From positions 26,257,222 to 26,321,221 of the forward strand of contig NC_061781.1 in NCBI RefSeq assembly GCF_022458985.1: a stretch of 64,000 bases of DNA, written 5' to 3'. Under the pieces are notes generated by a model that was not told where the DNA came from, did not search any database, and saw only the letters and a list, made by a program, of their open reading frames with translations. The stretch is from Mugil cephalus. Its lineage: Eukaryota. Positions 36,953-48,723 of the stretch are shown here, in pieces. The position numbers and the translations under genes were made by a program. Each line of letters begins with the position of its first letter. The stretch's first letter is position 1.

Positions 36953-37017
36953 CTAAAAGGTAATTATCGGATATTTCAGTTTTCTAGTTTTCTGGATACG
37001 TATGTAGGTGTATCACT

Positions 37018-37047
37018 ACCTCACCCTAACCCTAACCCTAACCCTAA
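37018..37047. repeat. Interstitial telomeric repeat (CCCTAA)4-5 in a speg intron
   Basis: ctcaccctaaccctaaccctaaccctaacac. Confidence 0.85.
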
Positions 37048-37220
37048 CACAATTAACAGTACATGTGAAATGCAGATAATATATATATCAATTGCAATAC
37101 ATGGATTAAAATGATTCCTGATGAGCATTTTGTTTTGAAATAAATCATTACATGTAAATGACCTTTGCCTCAATGTTAACATTACTCAACACTAAAAACA
37201 AAGTCAACAGTGTTACTCAC

Positions 37221-37373
37221 AGCCTGTCTGCTACCAGCAACTTAATGATGAACCCTTTAGCCTCTCTGCAGAGGTCAGCAAACATGCTCTCCTCAAAGGC
37301 CACATTATAGTTCCTGATGTTCAGTACAGAGGTGCGGTCATTCTCCCCAGCAAACGGAGAAACACCTGTCAGA
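37221..37373 (-). CDS. speg: speg kinase 1 C-lobe ([50 protein letters not shown])
   Basis: Acceptor ttatcag|T, donor AGGCT|GTGAGT. Confidence 0.8.
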
Positions 37374-37479
37374 CTGATAAGAAACACAAAGTGTTACATT
37401 TAATGTAGAACCAACAGTCCTGAACAGCTGAAATCACTGAAAACTGTAAATAATAAAGAAAATAAATTATTTTACTCAC

Positions 37480-37506
37480 CACAGATATGCTATAACTCCC
37501 ACGGGC
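37480..37506 (-). CDS. speg: speg kinase 1 micro-exon (WPVGVIAYLC)
   Basis: 27 nt. Acceptor cttag|G, donor GTG|GTGAGT. Phase 2 in and out. Confidence 0.7.
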
Positions 37507-37592
37507 CTAAGTGAAATCAAGTAATGAAGAGAATTAGAAAAAAGCAGGTTTTAAGACAGAGCAAATGAACGTGAAATGAATATCATTGATAC

Positions 37593-37765
37593 CATATGTC
37601 TGTTGCCTTTGAAACTGGCGTCTGATTGACAATCTCTGGTGCAACAAATTCAGGGGTGCCATATTTGCAGTACTGAGCTTCATCAGGTGTAAAATCCACT
37701 GCATTTCCAAAGTCACAGATTCTAATTTGATCAGCATGCGGGTCTGCCATGAGGATGTTGTCAGG
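37593..37765 (-). CDS. speg: speg kinase 1 DFG/APE segment ([57 protein letters not shown])
   Basis: Acceptor tcaccag|CCT, donor ATATG|GTATCA. Confidence 0.85.
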
Positions 37766-37933
37766 CTGGTGAAAGGATGAGAAAATCACATTTATTCATG
37801 TTCTCCCATGAAAAAAGTAAATGCAAAAACAGTTCAAGCTCATTTTGTTTAACATGTGATGTGGTTTGACCCCTTCATATCCAACAGAAGATGAAGAAAA
37901 AGACACAGAGGAAGATAATGTATGATTATCTAC

Positions 37934-38011
37934 CTTGATGTCCAGATGTATGATGTTTAGATGATGAAGGTAGTCAATTCCCTCAAGCAGTTGTCTTATA
38001 CATGAACGAAT
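37934..38011 (-). CDS. speg: speg kinase 1 catalytic loop (IRSCIRQLLEGIDYLHHLNIIHLDIK)
   Basis: Acceptor cttag|ATT, donor AAG|GTAGAT. Confidence 0.85.
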
Positions 38012-38108
38012 CTAAGAAACACAAACATTTATTATTAAATTACATAATACATTTGAATATTGAATTTAAATCAATACTGACGTGTGTAGTTGTGAACACA
38101 AGACTTAC

Positions 38109-38166
38109 ATCAGACTCCATTATTGAAGATTTCCTGATAAATCTGTCAAGCAGCTCCTCGTGGCAT
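38109..38166 (-). CDS. speg: speg kinase 1 (ICHEELLDRFIRKSSIMESD)
   Basis: Acceptor cttaaaag|A, donor GAT|GTAAGT. Confidence 0.8.
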
Positions 38167-38325
38167 CTTTTAAGATTCATTAAGGCTTTTTTTAACAAAT
38201 GTGAAATCAATGCTACACATGTAATATTTCACTTGATAACTGAACATTCTTAGAAAAGTAAATAAATATGCCAGAAATGTATTATTTTTATCATTTCATC
38301 ACATTTAGATCAGTTATAAGGACAC

Positions 38326-38526
38326 ATTTCAGTGATGATGATGACGGCATTCTTCTTCTCAAAGGCATCATGAAAGTAAAGGACTCTCTCATGGTCCAGC
38401 TTGGAGAGCATTTTCATCTCTTTCAGAGCAGAGGCCTTCTTCTTGGCCCGTGCGGAGATAAACTTTCCAGCATACTCCATTTTGTCCGATTTCTGTGTCA
38501 CATGTTTCACGTAGGAAAATGCACCT
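38326..38526 (-). CDS. speg: speg kinase 1, subdomains I-V (RGAFSYVKHVTQKSDKMEYAGKFISARAKKKASALKEMKMLSKLDHERVLYFHDAFEKKNAVIIITE)
   Basis: Acceptor tctctag|A, donor GAAAT|GTGTCC (GTGTCC donor, not canonical). Confidence 0.8.
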
Positions 38527-38674
38527 CTAGAGATGGAAGCACGAGAAGAAATTATATAATAATGTCAACTCTAGTTCTCTCTTATGTCCAGAACGAGTTT
38601 AAATAATTACAAGATGGTTTTCAACAATTATATTGTGTTTGTTGGGTCTAAATTGTGAGCTTAAAATGAATCAC

Positions 38675-38771
38675 CTTCCAATTTCCTTGTGGATGTTGTA
38701 GTAGTCAGTCAACCTGCGCATCTTCCTTATAAAATCCTCTTCATCATCCATTGCATTCTCCTTACTTTTAG
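38675..38771 (-). CDS. speg: speg kinase-1 first exon (AKSKENAMDDEEDFIRKMRRLTDYYNIHKEIG)
   Basis: Acceptor ctttag|CT, donor GGAAG|GTGATT. Confidence 0.85.
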
Positions 38772-38911
38772 CTAAAGCAATGAGGAAATATTAATCAGAT
38801 CAATTCAATTCTACAACCAGCCTCAAATAACTATAAGCACAACTGGGCGCTTAATAGGTTCCATTATTTGTTGGCTGGGCAATCAAGAGTTTTTAATGGC
38901 TAACATCTTAC

Positions 38912-39080
38912 CTTCATGAACGGTGAGTTCAGCTTTACAGGATACGGATCCTGCTAAGTTCCTAGCAGTGCAGGTGTACACCCCAGAGTCTTCTGGACGA
39001 GCATTTAACACCACCAGGGAACATTCATTGTCATCGTACACAAATGTGTAATGACAGCTCTCCGACAGTAGGATATCATT
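38912..39080 (-). CDS. speg: speg Ig C-half preceding kinase 1 ([56 protein letters not shown])
   Basis: Acceptor ctttcag|AAT, donor GAAG|GTAAGA. Confidence 0.85.
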
Positions 39081-39284
39081 CTGAAAGACATACTTAAGTT
39101 TCAATAACAGATCTTAGGGTTTATATTAAAATCTGCTCATTTTAATCAATCAAAGGTAGGTAAATTCATTGTGTAATGATTTAGCCCATTGCATCTAAAG
39201 AAAAGCTTTAAAACATAAAATATTTCGCAATGTTTCTAAAGTCGTACAGGTTCATTGTAGTAAACCTCTTAAATGGATAAAAAC

Positions 39285-39397
39285 CTTGAACCAGAGGATG
39301 TCAGGAATGGGTTTGCCTTCCACAACCACAGCAAAGCGGGGGGTCTCCCCAACACAAACATCCAAGTCCTCCATAATAGTCTCAAACGTTGGTGCAG
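39285..39397 (-). CDS. speg: speg Ig N-half ([38 protein letters not shown])
   Basis: Acceptor tctgcag|CT, donor AAG|GTTTTT (weak donor). Confidence 0.75.
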
Positions 39398-39494
39398 CTG
39401 CAGATAGAGTTGCAGAATGTAAAGTCACATTATTTTAACGTGAAATCATGGCACAGATGGAAGGATGCCTATAAATCTATTCAGACATACGTAC

Positions 39495-39667
39495 CGGCCA
39501 TCTCCACAGTGAAGTTGCAGCTGTCACTGCCGTACTTGTTGGAGGCCACAAACATCATCTCTCCAACATCAGCGCTCTTCACCTTCAGCAGCTTCAGCAT
39601 GTGCTGGTCGTCATCTGGCATTGTCATCTCATACAGGCCTGGCTTGTTTGTCAGGACAGCTCCTCTT
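39495..39667 (-). CDS. speg: speg Ig C-half (RRGAVLTNKPGLYEMTMPDDDQHMLKLLKVKSADVGEMMFVASNKYGSDSCNFTVEMA)
   Basis: Acceptor ccctag|A, donor GCCG|GTACGT. Confidence 0.8.
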
Positions 39668-40115
39668 CTAGGGACAAGATTATTTTAAACTAGGATCAAT
39701 ATGATAATACGCAGGAGGACGGGTCATGTCTGGCAATTACATGCCTGTGAGTCAAGGCATAATAATAAACTTTTTTCACTGCTCTGGAACGTTTGATAAT
39801 CACTTTGGAATGAAACAGCTGTCAGTATGCACCATCATCTTGTATTCATGCTTTCCTCATACACCGTCATTATCCCATAATAGACTGGGTCTGAACAGTG
39901 GTAACTTTATCATGTTCTACACTAGCTAACATGATATGGGTGAATCATGGAGGTTATGTTGAAAACTAACACAGCATTATTCTCTTCTGCGGGACTAAAC
40001 TACTAAATACTAAGACAAATGAATAGCGACTATTTCAATACACTCTATGTGCTGAAAAAGTGAAGTGCATGTGCGCCCTTCAAATCAATAAACTTGACAA
40101 TAGAGACACGTTTAC

Positions 40116-40239
40116 CTTTTCCAGATGACTGCTGCGTTGACATGATTGAGGGTGATAGAGATGGTGACTAACTGGTTTTCCATCACATATACGATTTCTG
40201 GTTTATCAATGATCACTGGAGCCTCCTGAAGGTATGGAC
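40116..40239 (-). CDS. speg: speg Ig N-half ([41 protein letters not shown])
   Basis: Acceptor tctcaag|GT, donor AAAAG|GTAAAC. Confidence 0.8.
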
Positions 40240-40268
40240 CTTGAGAAAAACCACAGAGGATATTTCAT

Positions 40269-40331
40269 GATTGGATGGTCGGATGGCTGGATGGATGGAT
40301 GGATGGATGGATGGATGGATGGATGGATGGA
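40269..40331. repeat. (TGGA)n tetranucleotide microsatellite in a speg intron, just 3' of the FN3 exon donor
   Basis: ggatggatggatgg... run. Confidence 0.9.
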
Positions 40332-40354
40332 TCGATCTAAAGATCTGAATGTAC

Positions 40355-40561
40355 CTCGGTCCAGGAGCTGCACAGGGTCAGTGGCAGGCGAGGGCTTGCT
40401 GAAGGCCTTGGAGGTGATCGTCAGGACCCTAAAAGCATAGCGCACACCTTTGGAGAGCGTGGTAATGGTGTAGGTGGTCTCCTTCAGGCCAGAGGCTATG
40501 ATGATCCACTGGATGGAGCCTAGGGCCTGCTGTTGGATGGCGTACATGAGTGAGCTGGGAT
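40355..40561 (-). CDS. speg: speg FN3 C-half ([69 protein letters not shown])
   Basis: Acceptor ttttcag|AT, donor CGAG|GTACAT. The flanking intron carries a (TGGA)n microsatellite. Confidence 0.85.
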
Positions 40562-41649
40562 CTGAAAATAAATAAAAAATACATTGGTCCAAGCTGCTTT
40601 ACCTCAAAGATAAAAAGCTATTTTCTATCTTAAAAGAGGCTGAAACATGATTCATGTTGTTATGCTGTGTGTTCCTGGTTAAAATACAGGCAGCAACCAA
40701 CAAACAGAAGGCCTAACAATCACTGAAGGACTGGAATGCACTCAAGGACATTAATGAGCATGTAACAGGGTGACATTAAGGACATTTTAACCCAAAGGAG
40801 AGGGCATTTATAAATGGTAACCATGAGGAGCTGACAGTTATTTAGAGGGACCTGAGAGTAACGATCAGGGAGAGGTAGAGGAGGAAGCCAGAGGGGAAAC
40901 TCCAGCAGAACTATGTGAGGGAGGTCTGGAGAGGCATGTGAACCATCACTGGTTTCAAACCAGCTGGCAACTGATGGTGTGGAAAGGTTCAATGAGCTAA
41001 ACCTGCTTTTCAACAGATTTGACACAGTGGCCCCCACCCAGCACCCCACAAACCCTTTGTGAGATGCCCATTAACACCAACAATGGTGTCACCGTACCCT
41101 CCCCCTTCTTGCAGCTCTCCAGCCCTATTCCAAATCCAACCATGATGAGCTGCATACTTAAGATTCATAGTAAAATCTGCTGGTCGCCTGATTTGCATCA
41201 GAGCACAAAATCAAATGAGAGTATATTCAGTCTGGTTCCATATACAGTATATATTACAGAATATACATATAATTTATGTATTTATTGGGTATTCGTGAAT
41301 ATTAGAAACAGACAGTGAGACTGTAAGTGACATTTTAAACCTCATCTGCTTTGTTGTGTTGCTCTTACACTAAAGGGAAAAAGTTCTCGTAGGCTGAGGT
41401 AAATCCCCTCAGCGCTTTAAGAGGAACTCTCTCAGAACGTTCCCTCAAAGTGTTTTTGTGCACAAAGTTAAGTGAATGAATCTGATCAAGATAGTTAGAT
41501 TAGAGATAACCACATTTATGTGATTAACATTAAGTGCTGCTGTCCCAAAGGAGCTAATTAAATGTTACATTACATGTCATCAGTAAAAAGACAAATCAAA
41601 ATAATTGATTTGTTTTGTCTGAAAAAAAAAAAAAAATGAATCTGGATAC

Positions 41650-41754
41650 CAATGGAAGGGTCCAGTCTCCTTGGTTTCTTCCAGCTTATGGTGATGGTTT
41701 TCCCAGTGATGGACTCAATCACCGGAGTCCCATCAGGTGGGTCAGGGAGGATGT
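41650..41754 (-). CDS. speg: speg FN3 N-half (DILPDPPDGTPVIESITGKTITISWKKPRRLDPSI)
   Basis: Acceptor ttttcag|AC, donor ATTG|GTATCC. Confidence 0.85.
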
Positions 41755-41900
41755 CTGAAAATGACAACAAAGGATTCAGAGTTTCACACATTCCTCCAAT
41801 ATGATGTTGGCTGAGGCTGTTTTACAGTCATGGATCTGCTGTGTATTTCTGACCTCAATAATCTAAAGTGTCTTTTGGAGTCAAAGAAGAAAGGACTCAC

Positions 41901-42020
41901 CTGTGACATAGAGATGAGCATAGCAGGTGGCCTTGCCTACTTTGTTAGAGATGACACTCTTGTAGACGCCACCGTGGGCGTGGCACACGGAGCGGATGAC
42001 CAGGCTGTGGACGTCACGAA
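41901..42020 (-). CDS. speg: speg Ig C-half ([40 protein letters not shown])
   Basis: Acceptor ctcttcag|TT, donor ACAG|GTGAGT. Confidence 0.85.
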
Positions 42021-42305
42021 CTGAAGAGGAAAGAGGAGAAGATGGTGAAGAGGTCAGGTACCTTTAAAAAAGTTAAATCTTAATGAAAGTGACTCTTTCA
42101 CATGTTGTTTCCAGTTATAGCAGATCAGTACAAGGTGCGTGGTGTTGTGCTAGCAGCCCACAGATTACTCATATCAATTTGTTTCATAATCGTATTGGTC
42201 ATTCTGAATAAGGCCTTGACAAAAGGCTTTTATTTTTATTAAAATATTACTTTTATTTCGATAAAATGCAGAGGAACAAATACCATTTTAGAGCTAAACA
42301 CTCAC

Positions 42306-42535
42306 ACTGTGTCATCTTTCTATCCTCTGTGCTTTGAATCCTTTTCCCATTGTGGAACCAGACAATGGTTGGATATGGCAAACCAGCAACTTTACATTTG
42401 AGCACAGCTTCCTTTCCCTCAATCACATCCAGGTCATAAAGAGGTTTGATGAAGTCAGGCATGGTGAAACGCTCCACCTCATTCTCTGGGACCTCCGGCT
42501 CTTCAGGGATTGATGGCATCTTCTCCAGCTTAGCC
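42306..42535 (-). CDS. speg: speg Ig N-half ([15 protein letters not shown]…[31 protein letters not shown])
   Basis: Acceptor ctcattag|GG, donor CAGT|GTGAGT. Confidence 0.85.
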
Positions 42536-42659
42536 CTAATGAGGAAAAGAAAGCAGATGAATCAAACTAGTACAAGCTGTAGTGGACTGTGTAATCCATA
42601 ATGTAAAAAAAAATCCAGAAAACACACAGACGAGCAAACACTGAAGAACTAACACTTAC

Positions 42660-42849
42660 ATCTGTGAGGAAATGGCTGGCCGTGGCTCCTGTATGTACAG
42701 TTCAGCAGAGCTCTCCACCTCACCGTGGCTGTTACGGGCCGTGACCGTATAGAAACCCTCGTCCTCATTGCTCACGTGAGAAATGATCAGAGAATGACGG
42801 CCGCCCTCCTGAAGAATATGAACGTCCTCACTTTCTATCAGTGGATGGT
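42660..42849 (-). CDS. speg: speg Ig C-half (DHPLIESEDVHILQEGGRHSLIISHVSNEDEGFYTVTARNSHGEVESSAELYIQEPRPAISSQ)
   Basis: Acceptor tcctcag|AC, donor CAGAT|GTAAGT. Confidence 0.85.
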
Positions 42850-43228
42850 CTGAGGAAAGAATGGGCACAAAGAAAAAAAAAGACATGGATGGTCAAACGT
42901 TCTGTGATAAATCTTCATGCAGGTGTTTGGAAATGTTTCAGTGGTTTTCACACATAATGTTCCCAAACCTAACGATACGATTAAAAATACTTATCTGAAA
43001 GGCAGACCAACAGTTTTTGTGGTGGAAAGTTGATTTGCCAGGCCAATTAAAACTGTGCAACGTAGCAACGTAGTCACATGCATCAACCAAGCACCACATA
43101 GTTCAATTAGTTTTCAACAAAATGGCTCTGATTGAGAGGTATTTTTGTATCTATATATAACACATAATGAAATCCTAGTGGTGTTACCAGACAAAAGCTG
43201 AGTGCAGGTTAACTCAATATGCTCCTAC

Positions 43229-43387
43229 CGAAGTGACTCCAGATGACCTTAGGAGATGGCGTGCCACTGACTTTACAGTCAAACCGAGCGTTGCGCCCCT
43301 CGATCACCTCCAGAATGTCCAACTTGCGAGTAAAGAGTGGCTCAATGGAGGGAAGGACTTTGAGTTTGCCACTTGAGGTCACCTCCT
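43229..43387 (-). CDS. speg: speg Ig N-half ([53 protein letters not shown])
   Basis: Acceptor cttttcag|AG, donor TTCG|GTAGGA. Confidence 0.85.
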
Positions 43388-43463
43388 CTGAAAAGCAAAA
43401 GTCATACATACTTGATGATTCAGTAAAACAAATAAATTCCTTCTCATTCCACACGTTTCCTAC

Positions 43464-43724
43464 CTTTAGCTGTGCTGAGCTTGCACATGTACGTCCCGCT
43501 GTCATCCTCGTGCACGGAGTTGAGCAGCAGTCGACACTTTCTTCCATCAAAGTGCATTTTACAGTTGAGCAGTGCCGGCTGGATGAGTTTCCCATCTGCG
43601 AGCCAGTCCACATCAGTGTCCTTCGGTCCGATGACGTGACACTCAAACAAAACCGTGTCTCCAGCCTTGGCTGTGATGTCCTTGACCGGGCGGATGACAG
43701 CGAGACCTGGCTCAATTGGTGGCG
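43464..43724 (-). CDS. speg: speg Ig exon (…[62 protein letters not shown])
   Basis: Acceptor ttcccag|CG, donor AAAG|GTAGGA. Confidence 0.85.
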
Positions 43725-43883
43725 CTGGGAATAAATTACAAAGTGATATGTTTTTATTCCCTTGGAGTTGTGCTGTGTCAGGAATTTGTAATAAATGTGA
43801 CTTTATTAGTCAATGAACCGTAATAATGTGTGGATTTGTGCATTCCTAAAGAATTCATTGGAAACATTTAAAATAAAGTTTAC

Positions 43884-44059
43884 CTTTCACCTCCAGCCGT
43901 CCTTCACACTGCTTCGTCCCGTACTCATTAATGATCCGACAAATGTAAACCCCAGAGTCTGACTTCACTGCAGACTTGATTATCATTTCAGAAGTCCCAT
44001 CTTCCTTCTCACGTACAACGTGACGTGGGCCTGTTTTCACGGTAACTCTGTCCCTCAAC
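43884..44059 (-). CDS. speg: speg APEG-1-type Ig, C-half (...SDSGVYICRIINEYGTKQCEGRLEVK)
   Basis: Acceptor tgtgcag|G, donor AAAG|GTAAAC. Confidence 0.85.
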
Positions 44060-44597
44060 CTGCACAAGAGCAAAGGAACTACTGTTACTGTGTTTGGCAA
44101 ACAAGAGGAAAATGCTTCTTTTTCTACCAGAAGTTTTTGTCTGGCTGGTATCGAGGGGGTAGAGGTGTGAATAATTTAACATTTTATTGTCTGGTATAGT
44201 TACAAAATAAGCATCAGCATCAGTAAATGTTGTCTGTGGTCAAACTTATTACAGTTTAATCCCAAACCCCCGTGATTCGGGCTGAGCAGGGTGTAAACAA
44301 TCTAACATTTGATCTGCAATTCTTCAACTGCAACATTTTTTGTTTGTTTGTTTAGACATAGACTTAGGCACAAATGCTGCATTCTTGCTGCTGTAATCCA
44401 GTTTTCGGGCAACTGAGCAGCTCCAGAAATAACTACGCTCAATAAACAGATGATTTAACAGATGATTAAAGTGGCATGCTTCAAAACCAAACCGTGAAAT
44501 CAAGAAAAATTTCAAATGCTTTGCCGTGAGAGAAAAGCATTTCCGTGTGCCATGCAAGCAATGAGTTTAAGTAGTACGATGAAGTGAGGGGACCTAC

Positions 44598-44686
44598 CAA
44601 TAGAGCATGGGTTTGGGTTGTCCACTTATTTGAACGGACATGATGACTTCCTGTCCTTCAATAACAGCTTGATCGCTCATTGTTAC
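44598..44686 (-). CDS. speg: speg APEG-1-type Ig, N-half (VTMSDQAVIEGQEVIMSVQISGQPKPMLY)
   Basis: Acceptor taaacag|GTA, donor TG|GTAGGT. Confidence 0.85.
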
Positions 44687-44922
44687 CTGTTTAAAATGTA
44701 ATGTGAGTTAGACGCAGAAAGATGCATTTTACCTGTAAGTCTCTTTGATTTATATGTTGATGGAATGAGAACACAGCAAATAATACATTCACATAAGGAC
44801 ACTTTATACATAATACATTTCCATGCACTATTTTGCAAAATTCTGGTCAAAAATGCAGTTAAACGTCAATGCTAAGCATACAAAGATCATACTCTCATCA
44901 AATCAGCCCTGTACAGTCTTAC

Positions 44923-45089
44923 CAGGAATGCAGGGGGTTTCCTGAACTGTGAATCAATAGTTCTCCTCAGCTCTGGCCCTTCAAAATCCATGGCTTCCTC
45001 CAGAGGACTGAGATACTCTTCATCAGATGTAATGGGGCTGCTCATATCCATACGCACGCCCAGGTTTCCCTTTGGCTCCTGCACAGACT
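44923..45089 (-). CDS. speg: speg linker exon (ESVQEPKGNLGVRMDMSSPITSDEEYLSPLEEAMDFEGPELRRTIDSQFRKPPAFL)
   Basis: Acceptor ttttacag|AG, donor CTG|GTAAGA. The conserved SPITSDEEYLSP block is present. Confidence 0.85.
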
Positions 45090-45529
45090 CTGTAAAAGCA
45101 AAAAGGTTCTGTCATGTGTGTGTGAAACAGTTAATGTATTAGGAAAAACAAGCCCCACTAGTTGTGGTGAAAATCTAAACAATAGTGGATTCATAGTGAG
45201 TGGAGCCAGCAAGCCTCAGTGGGCAATTTATAGGTTCAGTTTTGAACCTCTGAGTTGCCATGGTAACTATAAGTGAGGTTATTCAGCTGGAATATATGGC
45301 GCGCACGTTTTGCTCAGAGACATAATGATAAGGAAGCAGAAGAGGGATCAGCTGAAACACAATGCCAGCGTGGGAAGAGAAAACAAGATGCGTTTTAAGA
45401 TGGAGAAGACAAAGGCCTTTCAAAGAAATCCACCGGCTGAAAATGATCAAGTACGCTGAGTTTTTGAGCTTTTAAGTAAGTGTAAAGAGAAAATATAAGG
45501 CAAGAGAATAGAATTCAAATTTATTTTAA

Positions 45530-46440
45530 TAACTTGCATCAGCCAAGTTCCTCATATTGTCGTCCTGTCTCAGAGTTATGCTGAAGGAGCAGTTCATGAA
45601 TCTGTGTCCTCCAGGCTGGATTACTTCATTATTGTCCAAATATCTCTTTAAAAAGCCTCCAACTACTGATTCAAAATGCTGCAGCAAGAGCACTGACAGC
45701 TTTCCTTCATTGCCCCCCTTTAAAATGTAGAATACAATTTAAAATCCTATTGCTTACATAGATGACCCGTAAAGGCCTAGCTCCATCATATCTTAAAGCC
45801 CTCCATATTGGGATGCACCATTTCATCCCCAAAAGATCACAACAGTCTCAAAGTGCAGGACTACTTTTAGTTTCAAAAAAGAGTTTCAGCTCCCAGTTTG
45901 TGTTCGGAAGGCAGGCTCCGTCTCTACGTTGAAGGTCAGGAATAAGACTTTCCTTTTTGACAAAGCTTATAGTCAGAGCTGGACTTAACCACCGCTTAGT
46001 TATACTGCCATAGGCCTAGGCTGCTGGACATGTCCTCTACTTTCCGCTCTCTGGAACCAGCTCCTGTCCTCTAATTTCTTATCTAGTTTCTTTTCCATTA
46101 CTAGTGATACAGTTCTGTGCTGCTACTGTATAATATGTTAACTACTGGGTCTCCCCCCACCCTCCTCCCCCTCCTACTTCTTCTTGTGAGCATCTCTGTC
46201 CTAGAGTTGTGTCTTTCTGACCTGTGGAGCTCCAGAAACTATACCTATCGCTGTGGTCTCATCATCCTGCCCAGTCTCCATGGCTCCTACCTGGATGGAC
46301 TGTTCTCTATTCTGCCTATGATTCCTCTTACATTCAATCATTATAGCAGCATTTAGTCAGATTATGACAGATGCATTTTCGTCGTTTCTCCTGCTGTTCT
46401 CTTTTTTTCTGTCTCTACCCGACAAGACCCAGACAGATGG
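45530..46440 (-). repeat. Teleost interspersed repeat fragment (unclassified; decayed ORF ...APSYLKALHIG...FSFKKEFQLPVCVRKAGSVSTLKVRNKTFLFDKAY) inside a speg intron
   Basis: The sequence and its conceptual translation match a repeat widely dispersed in teleost genomes (...LSAPSYL...LWNQLP...TFKxxLKTFLFDKAY motif family). It contains no genuine exon and lies between speg exons at 45089 and 46622. Confidence 0.5.
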
Positions 46441-46621
46441 GTTCCTCCATATGAGCTTTGGGTTTCTTCCTGTTAAAAGGAAGAAAAGGATGGCCTATAC
46501 ATAATGGTGTTAATAGAATAAATTAAGATTGTCTTTCAAGTTTAGACTAATCTAATCTGGAAAAAAAAATCTTTATATACACAACAAAGATGGAAGTCAT
46601 TGATCAAAAGTAAAAACTTAC

Positions 46622-46804
46622 CTGCTTTAACTATGAGGGTGGCACTGCTGGAGGCTTTGCCCTCCTGATTAACAGCAGTTACACAGTATTTTCCACCATC
46701 ACTTATTTTTGCTGATTTGATGAGCAAACTGTGTCGTTCACCCTCCACTTTGACTGTATAATTGGCAAAGCCAGTGACTTTAGTGTTGTCTTTAGTCCAG
46801 ATCA
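46622..46804 (-). CDS. speg: speg Ig exon (VIWTKDNTKVTGFANYTVKVEGERHSLLIKSAKISDGGKYCVTAVNQEGKASSSATLIVKA)
   Basis: Acceptor ctaaag|TG, donor GCAG|GTAAGT. Confidence 0.85.
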
Positions 46805-46908
46805 CTTTAGAAGAGAAGAAAAAGAAAACAAAGAAATCAAATATCTTGAGTGTACAATTTAACATTTTCTTTGTTTTTTCTCTTTAAACATGAGGAACAG
46901 CATGTTAC

Positions 46909-47052
46909 CTTCAGGTGTAGGGGTTGCGGCAATTACACATTTTAGAAGCACATCTGCACCAGCAGATGCTACAGTGTCCACGAGGGGAAACTCAAACACA
47001 GGAGCCTCCATTGGATCTTCTCCAGCAGACACATAAGAATCATCTGAAGAAT
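46909..47052 (-). CDS. speg: speg Ig exon ([48 protein letters not shown])
   Basis: Acceptor tgtgcag|AT, donor GAAG|GTAACA. Confidence 0.85.
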
Positions 47053-47229
47053 CTGCACATTTTAGCAAAAGAAGAGCCTTAAGTATTTATTTTTGCCATA
47101 AAATTAAAGAAAAAAAACATCCCAGTAAAGAATGAATCTCTGGTTAATGAAACATTTGAAGCGAGCAGACTGAAAATTCACTGACCTACAGAAAGCTTAA
47201 CGAAAGTAGTCTTCTCAACCAACTCTTAC

Positions 47230-48723
47230 CTAACTCTGGCGACATGGGTCTTGTGCGACGGTTCTTGCCTTTGGTCTTCTGCTGCTGTCCACTTGTAGTC
47301 ACCTGTGGAGATTCCTTTGTCTTCGCAGGAACATCTTCCATTTTTTCATCTTCAACGATAATTGTAGGAATCTTAAGGCCTGGTTTGGATACCTCCTCTT
47401 CCATTTGGTCATCTACCGGAGTTACAGGTGTTCTTAGGGGTTTTTGAGGAGGTTGAGGAGTAAAGTCTTGCACGGCAACGGTTCTTTTTTGCACCAATGG
47501 GCTTTCAGGTCTGTTTTCAATTTTCCTCAGCGCCACTTCCACTGGTGTCTTTTTCGCTGTAGTTTCATCCTTTTGTGATGTTTGAACAGGAGATTCTTGG
47601 ACGTGTGGTGGTTCTTGAATTCGAGATACCCGTTGTACAAGAGGACTTGGTGGCCTTCGCTCAACCTTGCGTAATGTCATTTCTGCAACATTTCTGCTCG
47701 GTGACTCGTCTCTTTGTTGCTGGTATAGTGCCGGTGATGATGATCGCTGGATGATTTCTGTGGCGGGACTGACTCTGTTTAATCCTCTCACCGACCGTTG
47801 TCCTGGTAAGTCAGATAACTGCATCGACTCAGGGGTGCCTGCGACTTCTCCAAATCTACTGATTGTTACAGGTGCTGAACCAGGGCCTGTCTTTTGAGGT
47901 AGGGGTTTCTGCTGTTCTTGTGGTGTTTGCTGCATTGGTTGCTGACCTTGTTCGTTTTCTCTCTGTTTCTTTTCCCACTGGACACGTTCCCTTTCTTGGA
48001 GCTTTTGTAGCACTTGCGGAGGAATAGGTTCAATTTTCCTGAAAGGTTGCCGCTGCTTTCCCTTCAGGGTGAGCTGTTCAGTTGAAAAAGATTTCTTCAT
48101 ATGAGGTTTTCCAACAAGTTTCTTAATGCGCTGGAGCTCTTCGGTGAACTTGTTTTCGATGTCTTGAACTTTTTGGGAGTAGCGTGGTTTCTCCTCCAAG
48201 GAAGCGGCTCTTTGTCTGAACATAGATCTACGCTCAGCAGCATCTTCTTTCAGAGCCTCCCTGAGATCTTCCCTTGAACTCTCTCTAGAAATTCCCAAAC
48301 GGCTTCCTCCGTCATCTGAATCGACAGATCCGGCACGATTGAACCCTGCCCAGGATCTTCCAGAGATGGATCCTTCTGGAATATCAAGACTTCGCCTGCG
48401 TTCCTCTAAGCCACGGACCTTCTCAAATACCTTTGAGCTCGCCCTTGTAAGCTTTGGGGAAGGTCTGGAGGTGAATTCTTTCCGGGAGTACTCACTCAGG
48501 GGAGTCTGTGGTCGGGAGTCGTGGGTGGTACCTTGAGAAGTCGATTTTGGCTGCTTGACTTTTTCTTCAAACTCCCCAGGCACTGTGTCTTGGTAGTCAG
48601 TGGGGACAACAGTTTTCTTTAGCAGGCTGACAGGAGTGCTTGAACCAGAGCGACTTGGAATAGGAGAGGCAGGGGTTCGTTTGATCAGCCTTGGAGATGG
48701 ATGTGGGAGGACTTGAGGACATT
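47230..48723 (-). CDS. speg: speg large Ser/Pro/Gln-rich linker exon (5' boundary uncertain; extra small exons between 48723 and 49316 possible)
   Basis: Open frame 47186..48772. Donor TTAG|GTAAGA at 47230. A phase-compatible acceptor caagag|AA lies at 48723. Content (RKEFTSRPSPKLTRASSKVFEKVRGLEERRRSLD..., QRAASLEEKPRYSQ) parallels the SPEG N-terminal linker. Confidence 0.7.

Noticed and set aside
40234-40440. Plus ORF '[12 protein letters not shown]' and minus 40206..40592 read-through '[11 protein letters not shown]'
   Set aside because: Translation of the (TGGA)n microsatellite. The genuine speg FN3 exon ends at the CGAG|GTACAT donor (40355) before the repeat.
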